Shown here: positions 1 to 13,055 of the stretch, piece by piece
How the letters are laid out: every line of letters begins with the position of its first letter
Numbering within the stretch: position 1 is the first letter of the stretch
From: Trichoplax sp. H2
Lineage: Eukaryota
Assembly: GCA_003344405.1 (NCBI GenBank)
Contig: NOWV01000287.1
Location: forward strand, 1-64,000
Reading direction: 5' to 3'
DNA: 64,000 nt
Position numbers and translations under genes: made by a program
The notes under the pieces: model-generated
The model's database searches: none
What the model saw: only the letters and a program-made list of their open reading frames with translations
Told to the model about the DNA's origin: nothing

Positions 1-809
1 AATTCCACGTAGCATAGACAGATAGTTTAATTCTTAGGAATCAGCATAACAGACACATATCAAAGATTAATAATATAATTTTAATTTTATAGCTTAAAAA
101 TAATTTAATAATGATTTCATTATCGAATGTCATTCTGGGGAAATTATATTGTTAGACCGTCGCATTTCGAATGTAGAACACTGTTTTCATTTCTTATACG
201 TTTATATTTGATCTCTATAAATTTTACATTCACCGTAATTAACAGATTTTAAAGTAAATATGTGTGTTTCAAAGTAGAATATTGCCCTAATTAATTGGCT
301 CTTTTATTTTGAAATTCAGGAAGTTATCCTCTAATCGAATCCTTAAATTGGTTAATAGAACTTTTTCCACGTTCATTTCACTAGTAAAACTGTAAGTTTA
401 TTGTACGGATAAATCTAAATAATATCATAGAATAATATCTAACAAAAAAATTGCTTTAAAATTGTAAAGATATATGTGATTGTTACAGTGTTATATACTG
501 TATTACAGTAGAAATATCAATGTTAGGATAATTCTATTAGACTATCCTTATTTAGTTAACTTCTAATTTGGATATACTGTATTTTAATATAGCACTGACT
601 TTTATGACAGTGACACTTATACACATACTGAAATTATAATAGTTATAATAGGGAATGCAAATCATCTGCTTACAGTTCGAATCATTGTGATTGTAATTTA
701 CTTATGGTAGACTGTAAATTATCATGGAAATGTTCCGTGATAGGACATATCGTAATCTGACTATTCTGTAGTAGTCATTATATGTCTATGTTCGTAAATA
801 CTGTTGTCT

Positions 810-829
810 NNNNNNNNNNNNNNNNNNNN
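810..829. other. Assembly gap (20 N)
   Basis: Run of N. Confidence 1.
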
Positions 830-1099
830 GTTATTCCTTAAGTTTTTCAATCGTTGTTAAATTGAAACTCCCTTGACATTCTAAGTATTACTTATCAACT
901 TCAACATATGATCATATTCTGAATCGTTGTGTGTCTTGACTACATGTATACAGATGTTTTTCAACTAATAATAAATTTAGCAGAAAGCAGCTGAACCTTT
1001 ACAGTCGATTAAATGCGATCTATTGACTTTTATTATACGTAAGTTTTCGTTGAGAAACTTTATTAGAAATGTATTATCTTCACAAATAGCTCTTAAATA

Positions 1100-2780
1100 G
1101 CTCCTTTAGAATTGCTATATTATGTAATGGAGTTGATCACTTATAGGTTAAAAATATTTTACAAGATACCTTATACAGTATCATCGGTCAACATTAGGTC
1201 CTGGATATGGAGATGGCGAAAAAATTTTGTCCCGAAACATCAATCATCTTAGCAACATATATATATATACAAACAATTTAAATTGATTTTAAGCCAAGCA
1301 TGATTCTATGTGGTAGTAATGGAATAGGATTTTAGCTTACTAGAATATCAACTTCGCTATTATTAATATCAGTGTTGGTTCCATGGTTATATGTTTAGAG
1401 CAGCTGTTATCTATTCTCTATTACAATATTCCTATAATAAGCTAATACCTTTCGTTCTATCATGGGTACCAGGGACTACGCTACATAAATAGGATTACAC
1501 TATATTAATAACTTTAATTTTACTTACTGTTAATTCCAAATTTATTAACAGTTAAAAAATACATCAATTTCCATACTTGTACTATTAAATTAAATGGCAA
1601 TGTATCCATAGGTTTTCATGTATTGTATTTACTAGTGAGTTGCCATTACGAGTATTCGTGTCGGTAGGTGTTTTAAAAATCAGAGAATAAAATCTGCTTA
1701 GCAGATTCTATTTCGTTATCATCAAACTTATGATGTGAGTATTGTTTTTACGGCGTAAACGGCATGTTAGATACAGGTTATCCGTAGAACTTATCAAATG
1801 GTACTATAACATCCTGCAGATCTTGCAAATTGTTTAATAAGATACTTGAAATGATAGATTAACTGATCTGTAGTGAACAGTGCAGTGGCCAATCGGTGTC
1901 TAAAATTCGGTATGTGAACGATTCCGTAAAGAATACCATAACGGTACTATTTATAAATGCTTGAACATTATTTAATATACTTATACTGTATTTCAAATTA
2001 TAACTGATATCAAGTACTATAAAAGACAATCACGATATCCTGTATGCATTGTCCATTTCTATAAAGTAAATTCGGGTAATGATTTATTGAGTAACATTTA
2101 CTGTTCTTCTTAAAATGTAATTACACAAAGTAAAGTAAATAGAGGTATATCAAAAATAGATACAGTTTACATAACCAAGACTATAAACAAGGTTGTCTAG
2201 AATGTCTTAAAACACCACTGGCTAACAGAATATACTGACAACAATCATCGTTTAATAGCATTATTGAACTTTTGTTGCTAAAATTACTTGCAAAATGGTA
2301 TGGTAAATGTATTTTTCCCTTGCGTTAATGCTACAGCACAGTATTACTGTATTCAATTTATTTACTTTAATAATTGCTATCAACTTAGATCAGTCACGAG
2401 AGCAAAAATTAATCCAAGGATAAACTATATTTAGCTTTTGTTATCATAGAATAAAAAGTATCTCATATTCAACGATTTTTAGTTATTGCTACCATAAACT
2501 TTATTTCCATTAATAGTTTGCAATGGAAAGCCCTAGTGTGCAACGTTCACTTTACTACATTAATCTAGTCCAAAAGGATATCAGAACAAACATGCATTCA
2601 GTTACTGTAAAATTTACTACTACAACCTCACTCAAATCATAAAGCCATTTATATTAAACTGATCTAAAAGTTTATTCTCTCTCTATCAAATACGTTAAAG
2701 TATATGTTTAAATTAATAATTTTATCACATGATATTAGGTATTTTAGTTAGATTAATAACTATTATTTATCATGAAAAAT
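1100..2780 (+). pseudogene. Decayed LRR-GPCR (LGR) remnant 1: LRR, hinge, TM1-TM3
   Basis: In order: LRR-like NLSNGTITSCRSCKLFNKIL (1788), hinge-like SSFNSIIELLLLKLLAKW (2245), TM2/ECL1-like FLVIATINFISINSLQWKALVCNV (2476). Interrupted by stops and frameshifts; boundaries approximate. Confidence 0.5.
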
Positions 2781-2784
2781 GGAA

Positions 2785-3275
2785 GTGTGATAAAGTGATC
2801 TTCAAAACAATGAATCAAGAACTACAGTTTCTTGCAAATTTCACTTTATTACAGAAGTTAGGTTCGTCTAACTACCAAGGACTATCTGACTATCTGACAA
2901 TCTACTTATTACAGCAAAATTCACGATTTATACACGATTAGTTGCAGAATGCTTTTACTGTAACAAATCTTATCTTGCCCATTAAGTCGCAAGATCAGAT
3001 ATAAATTTACTATCGCGCAAACCATTCATAAATCGCGCGTCTATTTAAAGCATTACAATACAATACTTACAGTACTAGCATACTTAGCGCAAATCTATTT
3101 ACTGTACTGTATATCTCAGATCTTTATATAAACATCTTAATAGATTCGCTACAATACGTATTGTAAACGCCTTCTACAAATAGACTCTTACACAATCTTA
3201 CACTCTAGCTTACAAGTTAAGCTATTCTCGTACAGTCTTATAATAGTAATCTAAGCTATATTTGGGGCTGCACTA
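2785..3275. repeat. ~490-bp diverged inverted copy of 12043-12530
   Basis: gaactacagtttctt (2819) is the reverse complement of aagaaactgtagttc (~12485); aagctatatttggggctg (~3253) pairs with cagcccaaaatatagctt (12048). The two blocks are collinear in reverse between these anchors. Confidence 0.85.
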
Positions 3276-3344
3276 GAGGAAGTAATAGTTCGAAATTTGA
3301 AACTAAAGTAATTAATAATTACTGCTATGCTATTAATTAGTTAC

Positions 3345-6300
3345 TTATAATCTATAACTAAGATATTCTTTTCCAGTCTCTGGATCTAGATATTGCTCTG
3401 ATTCATCGGTCAAATCATCGTAACGCGGTGGACAGAATGGCAGGTATTTTGTACATGTAAATTTATGAAAGAAATTGGACAGTCCAAACGGAAGATCATA
3501 TGTTCTTTTCATTTCTTTCACGTATTCATTACTCATCTGATTCGATGCCTTCGAAGATTCTTGATGCCAAATATGCATGCCACGATCTTCCAAAGTACCA
3601 GGTATTACATTATCAAGGATTAAAGCTACCAATCCTCCAATAGCAATGTTAGTACTGAGTAAAACGACAATAATTTGATCTAGTTCTTTTACAGTAGTTT
3701 TAATTACTGATGAATTAGTGCCCGTTCTCAGCCAAGTAGGAAAAGCCATACCAAAAATGAGTGACAAACCAACGATAAAGATATTTCTTGGCAAATTCAT
3801 ATTACAGAATTGCAGATTGGATATACCGACTGCCGTTACTAGTCCAAACATAACAATAAAAACGCCGCCGACAACAGGATTAGGTATCGATGCAAAAAGC
3901 GCTCCAAATTTGCTTACAATAGCTAAGATGATCATTATCACTGCTCCACATTGGATTACAGCACGACTAGCCACCTTCGATATAACGAAACGGGAAAAAT
4001 CACAGATTATTTTACATTCAATTCATGATACAACCGTATTGATACTTTGTCTTTCTCGTTAATAAAACTATTTAAAAAAATCATAACCTACCCTAGTTAT
4101 ACCAATGGCTCCAATATTTTCACTGTATGAGGTCGTTCCACTACCAGTGCCAATCATCCCAGCTAATACACATCCTATTCCTTCCATACCGATACCGCGA
4201 TTAATAGCATGTGTCGGTGGAGGTTTAGCACCAGCAAGTCTAGCACAAGCGTAATAATCGCCAATCGATTCGATCATAGATGCCAATACTCCCGCTAACA
4301 TACCAAATACACTAGCAACAGAGATTGTTGGTATACCCCATTGGACTAAAGTTAAATTAATTGTAATCAGTAAATTGAGTCAATATGATATTAAAATATG
4401 CGTAATTCCATTAATCTAAAAAAGTCAGATAGTTAATCAGTTATATGACTATATTAACTTGATGATTACAGTAAAATTGTAATAATTTGTATTCATATAA
4501 TATTATATTAGGAGTTAAAGTCATTTGTTAATGCACTCATCATACAAGGATATGGAAATCGAAACCACGGTGACGTTTCCAGTACAGAAATTCTTGCATC
4601 GGTTCTAGCAAAGTAAGTTGGATTAGTTCGATCAGCAGGGAAAGCACCAGCAGCTGTAAGGATAGCCGATACGATCCATGATACTATGATAGCAATCAAT
4701 ACCTAAATTTAGGGAAATTTATCAGAATATTGATATGTTATACTCTAAATATCATTACTACATCATATGCAGACGAATTGGAGACTACTTATAAAACACA
4801 AAGGTTACTCCAGTTTACTATTTTCTGAAGATTTTATTATTTATATCGATCTCAAAATAATTTTAGTATTTTACCTTTATAATATTTACATATATAAGAT
4901 AAAGGATTAATTTTATACTATTCTACAACCATTCTTATCGCAAAGTATGATGCTGTATTATTGCATCTCACTTCTAATAAGGATAAAATTTACTTCAACT
5001 AATTTCATACCGGGAAGAGCCTGAATATGTGAACTCTAGTGACATAACAGCCTTTTCCTCTTTTAAAAGCGGGCATTGGGACAGGAAATCTTTCCAGAAC
5101 TTGTGAGAAAAGGGCAATAAAGAATATTGTCCTAAAAATTCAATGCGTAAAGAGCGAAATACGCCTATTAGAAATCATTTTTTCTAACATTTAAATTTAG
5201 TTTGAGTAATATGATTTAACATTTTACTTCATTATAATATAAATTATATTTACAATAACGCCATGCCCCAATGAGAAGCTATAATGAAAATGGATAACAT
5301 ATAGTCAATATTAAAGAAATTAATATTTGAAATTTATTTTACTATAAACAGATTATCATAAGTAAATATGTGACTATAAATCTCTACACAATTGAAGTTC
5401 TATTAATCACATATAAATATTAATCATTTCCTTACACGAATAAAATGTAGCCGCATCGATTAACGTTAATCCAACCAAAGTAATCGTAGGAGCAATAGTG
5501 ATCGGTCCAATAAATCTTAGACAAAGTCCAATTATACCAGAAAAACCAATGATTATTTGAAACAGCGATGATAGCATGATACCTCCTTGGATCTTTTGAT
5601 AAATATAAGATTATTATTACTAGCTTGAACATACGCTGGTAGTTTAAATATAAACAAGTTGTTAGTATAGTAAATATATTGAAGACCTTAAAATTATCTA
5701 GACTTTGGCTTTATAAAGAAGACATAATTACATTTCTACAGAAATGTGTAAACTTATTGCCCTACCGTTACTAAGCCATTACAACTGGCTAACTAACTAT
5801 ATAAAGAAAATTTACCTCTCGTATGCGAGATTGCCACATTTCTGTTTGATTTCTTTGCTGGGCCAATGTCAGGTCTACGTAGATCATCAAGGAAAATGTT
5901 ATTTAGTTAGCAATAAAGTATTCTTTCATTGCCTCACCCTCAACTTATTTCTGGCAATCAATAAAGTGATAGCATATATAAGTGGGTCAAGAAAGAATAA
6001 TGCAAGCATATACTACACTATTCTGATGAATGTTAATCATGTACTGTACAAGTGTACATGGTATATAGCGGAACATGAGCGAAGAAGATGATAATAAAAT
6101 TCTTTAAAATAACTTACTTGCCCAAGGCAAAACATTCGGACTACAAGTATCCTTCCATTTATCAAGTGCCATAATAGCGACAATTGGTGCTACAAAGGCA
6201 AAGGATCCTCCTTGCACGATTGGCAGCCTGTAAATTTTGTTTGTTAATCATTTATTTGTTAATGAAATGACTATAGTTATGTAAACAATCACAAAAGTGC

Positions 6301-7695
6301 AGTACTATGTAGTTAAAATAGGTGTACTATACGATACAAAAAACTACATTATAGCGGGCGTTAAAGGTTGTATGTCTACCGATAACTTTTCGTATAGAAG
6401 CTAGCTATTTTCATTTCTTATTCATAATAAAAGGGTTCTAGGTCAATAGTTAGAATAAAATTAGGTAAGACCTTTGCGCCACTGACTGTAGTTAGTAACA
6501 TGTCTATTGATGATACCATGAACAATTTGATCACTAAGTTAATTATAATTAGATATGCGAGCCATTTGCGTAACGGTAGAATCACTGCTATCATATAAAC
6601 TGTTAGCAATTTATAGCAGGCTGAGTTTAATAATGCTGCGGAAATTAAATCGCTCAATCTTGATTAGCTCAAAAATCCAAAAGACTGACAGTAAAATAAA
6701 ACTAGAGTTTTAGTTCCTCTGTTCTGATTTAGTAAGTACATAACTACATCCGTATTTGAACCAATCCACGTTAATACGAGTTATACAAATAATAAAATTG
6801 TGACAAACCTGATACCAAATGTTGCTTGCAATAACGTAGCAATGCCAGATACAAAAAAAATGGTGGAAATCAAGTCGCTTATAGCTAATGGATTGTTATT
6901 CCCAATGCACAGAGGTGCCGCTAGCACAAATGGTAAAGAAATAGTAGCCCCAAACATAGTCAAGTAATGCTATAGAAAATAATAGGAACAGTTATTAATC
7001 AATCAATTATACTCGAATAGCGCCAAGAGTTCACTGTAATAATATTGAAAATGTTTAATGAAAATAAAATCAATCTAGTAAAAAAGAACCAGTCATATTA
7101 CTATCGTAGAATTAAACCCGAGTTCATGTAAGACTAAGTCATTACTTGTAAACCTAGACCAATAGTATATAGAAATGGAGGAACTTCATGAAGTTCATAG
7201 ATAACTAAAAAAAGTGATCCAGAATGGTTTGATTAATTATTTTAATGAATATATTTCGCAATAGAAAAATCAATCATAATCGATGGGCATCATATACTTA
7301 CCAAAGCGTTTCTTATCATTCTGGATCATGATTTAAATGGATTGAAATGATAGAATAAAAAAGATATAATTAATAATCTGAATGTTAATATGACATTTAG
7401 AATATTGGATTATCTATTAGCACTCAATAAAGTTAGCGAAATCGATATCCGCAGCAACAGTAAATTTATTCATCAAGACTTTATCTTGATATTTAAAAAC
7501 GTTAACCTAGCCCTTAATTGATTGCAACATTAGAGAAAGATATCAACCGTTGCTAAAACATAAGTGATATAAAACATAAGTTGCTAACACTTATTTTATT
7601 TGTACCAAGGGAAACTATTATACCTTGGTAGTACCGTCGTGATTTTCCTGTTGGCAGTTTTCTGTCGTTGTATCATCATTGGAATGAGTCGCCAT
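3345..7695 (-). CDS. SLC23A-like: SLC23/NAT (NCS2) family nucleobase-ascorbate transporter, paralogue 1; 12 exons, 607 aa
   Basis: Manual splicing, all introns GT-AG: 7695-7624, 7320-7302, 7204-7146, 6969-6809, 6227-6118, 5874-5816, 5592-5436, 5278-5254, 5131-5011, 4702-4546, 4345-4092, 3974-3345. Total 1824 nt, open frame. Contains TM1 [32 protein letters not shown] and the NAT signature [11 protein letters not shown]. Confidence 0.95.
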
Positions 7696-7845
7696 TGCTA
7701 ATGTTACGAAGAGATTTTATTCCCGAAGTGGTGACTCACTTAATTACCAGTAACATATCTCGCAGAAATATGGCACATTATACAGGCAATGTATCCTTGT
7801 ATTTGTATTGTATTGTAGCAATGTATTTATTTTTTTGTAACTATT

Positions 7846-7870
7846 TTTGACGTAATACCGGGGTGGTCTT
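7846..7870 (-). promoter_or_regulatory. Conserved upstream element of SLC23 paralogue 1 (TGACGTAA + ACCGGGGTGGTCTT)
   Basis: GC-rich motif ~150 bp upstream of the ATG, with counterparts upstream of paralogues 2 and 3. Confidence 0.5.
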
Positions 7871-10800
7871 AAGCGAAATAATATAAGAAATGTCCTGCAG
7901 TTTGAAGTAAATTTAAATATCTTTTGTTCAGACTTTTCTTCCAGTAATTATCCTTTCCTTTTTTCTACGAGACTGTGGGCGCGATATGAGATCAAGGAAG
8001 AAGATAATACAGCGATTTGTTTTATACGCTTCAACGTTGGTTCAAACTGAAGTAATATTTTTAACCCCATATAGAACTACACAATAAGGTTATCGTCATG
8101 ATACATTTTTACGTTTGAAGATACATGTACGGATAAGTTAATACGCTTCATATTAAAACTCTTTTAAATATGATAATTTGCTTGATTTAGTCATAAAAAT
8201 AGCAAATAGTGTCGAGTTGATGGTACTTTTTCATTTTTATTTCATTCATATACCGTCCCGTCTTACTTATAGCTCATTAAATAATACGCTAATGTTATGT
8301 AACTAAGGAGCATAAGTATATTTACTTAAGTCATTGAAGAACGGCTATGTACAAAAATATATTAAGTATAGTATACAATTAATTTCATTATATTCATTGA
8401 TGGAGTTTAATTCATTATCAAGTACTGTATGATAAAAATTAGCATATAGTACAGTACTCCAGTGCCTAGAGGTCTATGAAGGTACAATCGCTTTAATAGG
8501 CTATTGACACAAATTCTGTTGGATGACAAAAAATAGTAAGTAGACAATGATGACCCTGATATGCATTAAATAGATGCAGCCCAGTAAAACAATAAATACA
8601 AAATTAACACTAACTCGATTGTATCTATAAACTGACACTAAGGCAAAAGTATTATACTCTCCAAAAACTCAATGTATTGATGTTTCAATATAGACTTTAA
8701 TTAATTATCTAAAATAAATCAAGAAATTGAACTTGATTGTAGCAAGAAGGCAAATAGTCGTAATTAATATCGAATCATCGTGGCAGCAAAATACGTATAT
8801 AGCATAATTAGGGATACAAAGGAATATCAAGTGTAGCTTTACAACTTATTTGGGTGAAATTGATCTAGAAAACTGCGTTCAATGTGGGTTACTGTTGAGA
8901 AAATAAAGTATTTCCAGCCTTAAGCTAGCGCCAACAACAGTTCTGCTTCCATGTGTAGTCCTTATTGGACCCTTTTGGTTTATTATGCATGTTCGTATAC
9001 GATGCACATTAATAAGGTTAGGGGTAGACGGGTAGTGCAAGTCACAAGTACAGTTTGCGTTATTGAAAGGGTCTGTAATCAGACATTATTACAGCGCTAA
9101 GTTTAATTTCCATCAATTAACGGTAAGCAAAATATCTTTATGCTTGTAATTACGATCAGGATTTTCGATGCTGATATTGCTAATATGTAAAACTTGTATG
9201 CTGTACTTCTTTAGCTATTATGAAACCTAATATACTAAGTTTTATGTTGCCGTTTCAGCAATGCTAATGACTTATGCGGTATCATGTTTTAATAAAAAAA
9301 GATAGACGATATTCGTGATGGAACGATAAATTATTAGCTCTATTTAATTTAATTTCTGTGGTGATGCTTGATATTTTGTAACAGGATCATCATTAGGAAT
9401 CGTCAGTAAATTTTAATGGTAGCCTCCAAATCTAACTTTAGTTAAACCTGTATGATGAAGTTTATTGGTAAATGCAATAAATATAATAAAAAAATCATTT
9501 GTTGCAACAGCTAATCACGATTGAGACTGCGTATGTCCCATAATTTTATTCAAGTCTATAGGCTCGGCACAAATTATAGAAATGTTTGTTTTCTACTACT
9601 GATTGAGATGTATGGGCTGGGCCTTTTGGAGAACTAGCTGGTCTCGTGCATATAGGCGTGAATTGTTAATGGCAAATGGTGTTCTGTAAACGAATAACAA
9701 ATACGAGTATTCTCCTGATACATCTAACTGACTCAAGCATTGTACTTTATGAAGGATTACTATAAGGCATAGAAGTAAGCTGCTACTGATCTTGGAGTCT
9801 TTTACGGTCATAAGCGTGTAAAAGTGCATCAAATCATCTTCTACTATCGATTAAAGGATTTAAGATTTGTCAAAGATACTATGATTTAGGTTGCTTGGAT
9901 AAAATAATTATTATAATAGTCGTCTGACTAATTATTCAGTTTTGAACTGATAGCATATTTTTGAAGAAAGTACTATCCAAATAATAAATAAGACTACATA
10001 ACTGATATTTTAATCCAGTTACTGCAAAATATCTCCAGCTGTTTGCTATTAAAGGAAATAAAAAAAAGAAGGAAATTGCACTGTCCGATTGCAACTATAG
10101 TCCATATAAATTGGTAGATTAATTAATTAATTCATGTTTCAGATTACGAGATGCAGGACTTGTTCAAATAGGATGACATACATTATCCTGTTTTTTCTTA
10201 CAGTAACTGTAACCAGCTATTGGTCGATGTGCTATTAGACTGGATGATTTTAAAACAATTAATATCGAGAATACTATCAGATCATTTTGCTCTTGAAATG
10301 TAACCTTACAAAGGATACTCGAGTTGTGACCATCTCAAACTGTACAAAACGATGGCAGCTAATTTGCAAGCGCGGTAGTGATGTTCAGCATAGTACAGTT
10401 AAAATGACCAGCAACATATTGTACTCGGTCCTGATATTTTGGTCTATGAAAAATCATTCCCTGTCCCTCTCTCGTTTTCTTTAGGCGAAAACCTAGTAGC
10501 TATACGATACGTGTCCGTATATCAGATATACTGTATGTAAAACTGGCTCTACACTACGAGCAATATGCTGCAAAATCATCACCCGCTGCCTTGCCGGTGG
10601 TCTCCGTAGCTAATATTAGTGCATGGTAAAGTAAAGTAGCAAGCACAAGAACAGTACGCAAAGTATAACAAGTTAATTTTTTCCTTTTACCTATATGGTG
10701 TCTACTAGTTGACATCAATTGTACGCTTCAAAATACAGTAGAGTATCCCCAATCTGCACTACTAAAATAACCCCTGGACTGGACACGAAATGTCGTATTT

Positions 10801-11110
10801 TCGACTCATGTTGTAATTTACTCTTCCAAATATCATCCAACGTTGTTACTCTAGTATGCCACATTCACGATTAACTCAGCTACTCTATTCTTTTTATGAA
10901 GCGATCTTTGGTTGAAATTAACTTGAATCTATAATATTGTACCGTGGATGAGTTCTATAACCCATCAATGTGTTCAAATTCGTGCATGCACTGCCGAAAA
11001 AGCAGATCGAAAATGTCCATACTAACTCCTCCTTCTTACACTATTTTTTATTTTTTTTTTTTCCATTTTCGGCCAATCTCTGCCTGCTTTGGGTGGGGTT
11101 GTTCATCTAT

Positions 11111-11142
11111 GTCCGTTCCGATCCGGTCCGGTCCGACCCGGG
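11111..11142. repeat. Imperfect (TCCGN)n pentamer microsatellite, GC-rich island
   Basis: gtccgttccgatccggtccggtccgacccggg in an otherwise AT-rich context. Confidence 0.8.
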
Positions 11143-11707
11143 TTTTCTTTTAGTGATTCATGACAGTACAGTACCTCACAGTATTAAGTACTGTACTTTA
11201 CAGTATTTTCACTGTATAGTGGAGAGTGGACATTGTACCATTAGCGTTAACAGGTGTTATCGATTTGAACTAGAAATACTTCTGGCCCACCGTATGGTAC
11301 TATTCAGGCGATTGAGACATACAGTCAAGTATAGTAGTGAACTTTAGGTATTGCACATAATTTGCCGCGTTGAATATTAATTTCTTAGTATTAAAATAGA
11401 AAAGTAACAAATTTATAGTACATTCTGATGTAAGAGAGTAAATGGCTCATTACATTTATTATCTTCATGTAATGCATTATACATAACTGTTTAAATCATC
11501 ACTTTTAACGTGAATGGATGTTAATAACCTCTCATTACTGGGTAAAATCAAATTCCTGAATAGTAACTGTGATATATTTTGTAACGTTAACGTATAGAAG
11601 AGTACTACTGGAATCCGTAAAATGACCATCATGGATTAGTGTAGTAAATGAGGACAAGGCCGAGTCACGTCTGAAGTATTATTGTAAAATAATATTCTAT
11701 AAGTATC

Positions 11708-11797
11708 ATATTATAAGAATATAATCCGCCACCAAAGCGACGGGAGTTTGTAATATTATAACAACGTAATCCGTCAGCATAACGATGGGACTTTGTA
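11708..11797. repeat. Two 45-bp tandem units, 36/45 identical
   Basis: atattataagaatataatccgccaccaaagcgacgggagtttgta / atattataacaacgtaatccgtcagcataacgatgggactttgta. Confidence 0.85.
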
Positions 11798-12042
11798 CTA
11801 GTTAATTATAATTAGTTACACATAATCAATAAATTAAATTTTATTTTATCAACCTTGCTAAGTGTAAACATAAAGTGTTATAAGTGCATCAAGTTTTATT
11901 TTAGCAAACTAAGATTGTCCATCCATTATTTTGGGACCAATGTGGTTTCAGTTATTTCATAATTGAATGCTATCATATTTTCCCTACAAGTAAGGATATC
12001 ATTCATATCAATATTAGATCCATTGCTATCGTAATGTACGTG

Positions 12043-12530
12043 TAGCGCAGCCCAAAATATAGCTTGGATTATGATTGTAAGATTATACGAAAGTAGTAGT
12101 ACTCGTTTGTTAAATAGTGCGATTTTGAAGATATCTATTTGTAGCAGAGGTTTACATATGTATTGTCTTGATACTATTGAGATGTTTACATTAAGATTTC
12201 ATAATAGTAATAGATAGCGCTGATTATGTTAGTACTGTGAGAATTGTATTGTGGCGCTTTAATTAGACGCGTAAACAATGAATAGCTCGCGCGATGATAA
12301 ACTATTATCTTGCGACTTAATTGGCAAGATATGTTTGCAATGTGTAAAATTCATTCTGTAACAAGGGGTATATAAACCGCGAGCTTTCGCTGTAAAAGAT
12401 AATTCAGAGATAGTCCTATTGAAGCGAGGTAGTCCTTGGTAGCTATGAGACGAACCTAATCTTATGTAATAAAGTGAAGTTTATAAGAAACTGTAGTTCG
12501 TGTTGTATTTTTGAGAAGACACTTTATCAC
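12043..12530. repeat. Partner of the inverted block at 2785-3275
   Basis: Same anchors as above. Confidence 0.85.
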
Positions 12531-13055
12531 AGTAGGTAATGTAATGATAATATTTAAATAGACGATACAATGGAATAAGATCACAGCCTGTACTGGCGTC
12601 CTTAAATATCATGCACTAATAATCTTACTGGTTATAGCAAAGCATACGATTATTTGAATATGGAATTAGGCAGTTATACGGTAGTTAGAAAGGACAGAAG
12701 TTTCGAAAAATTTACCAAGCTAGATTACTAAACACCAACTGATTAGAACTAGTTATAAACAGTAGAAAATATTTATAAGTTAAACCACTCTCGACTAACA
12801 TCGTTGATAAGAGTATTAGCTGGAGAACATCCATCTAAGAATGGAAGAAAAGCATTACAACAGTTGCCTTTTTATGATGGATATCACAAAGCTGGTACTT
12901 TAATTAATAAATATTCAATGCTGCTCAATAAGAGATAAGATTATCAACTATTATTATTTGTAATATAGAATAGAATAAAAAATTTGAGAGGCAAAGTTGC
13001 AGATTTGAAACGAATGTAATTAATAATTACTGCTGTACTAAATTTAGTCAATCGT

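Larger units (their letters stand above)
8900..12800 (+). pseudogene. Decayed LGR remnant 2 (between SLC23 paralogues 1 and 2)
   Basis: LRR-like SLAIMKPNIL (9208; the homologous segment at 17915 reads GRNCLTTMRPNIL), LRR-like text in ORF 10287-10484, TM3-end-like LFVAEVYICIV (12135). 8920-10220 is homologous to 17680-18840. Confidence 0.4.

Noticed and set aside
3718..4062. Plus-strand ORFs 3718-4062, 13411-13665, 16160-16441, 22258-22614
   Set aside because: Antisense shadows of SLC23 exons; their similarity follows from the sense-strand genes.
10944..11347. ORFs of 69 and 125 aa
   Set aside because: They run through a T-run and a microsatellite; no recognisable protein.
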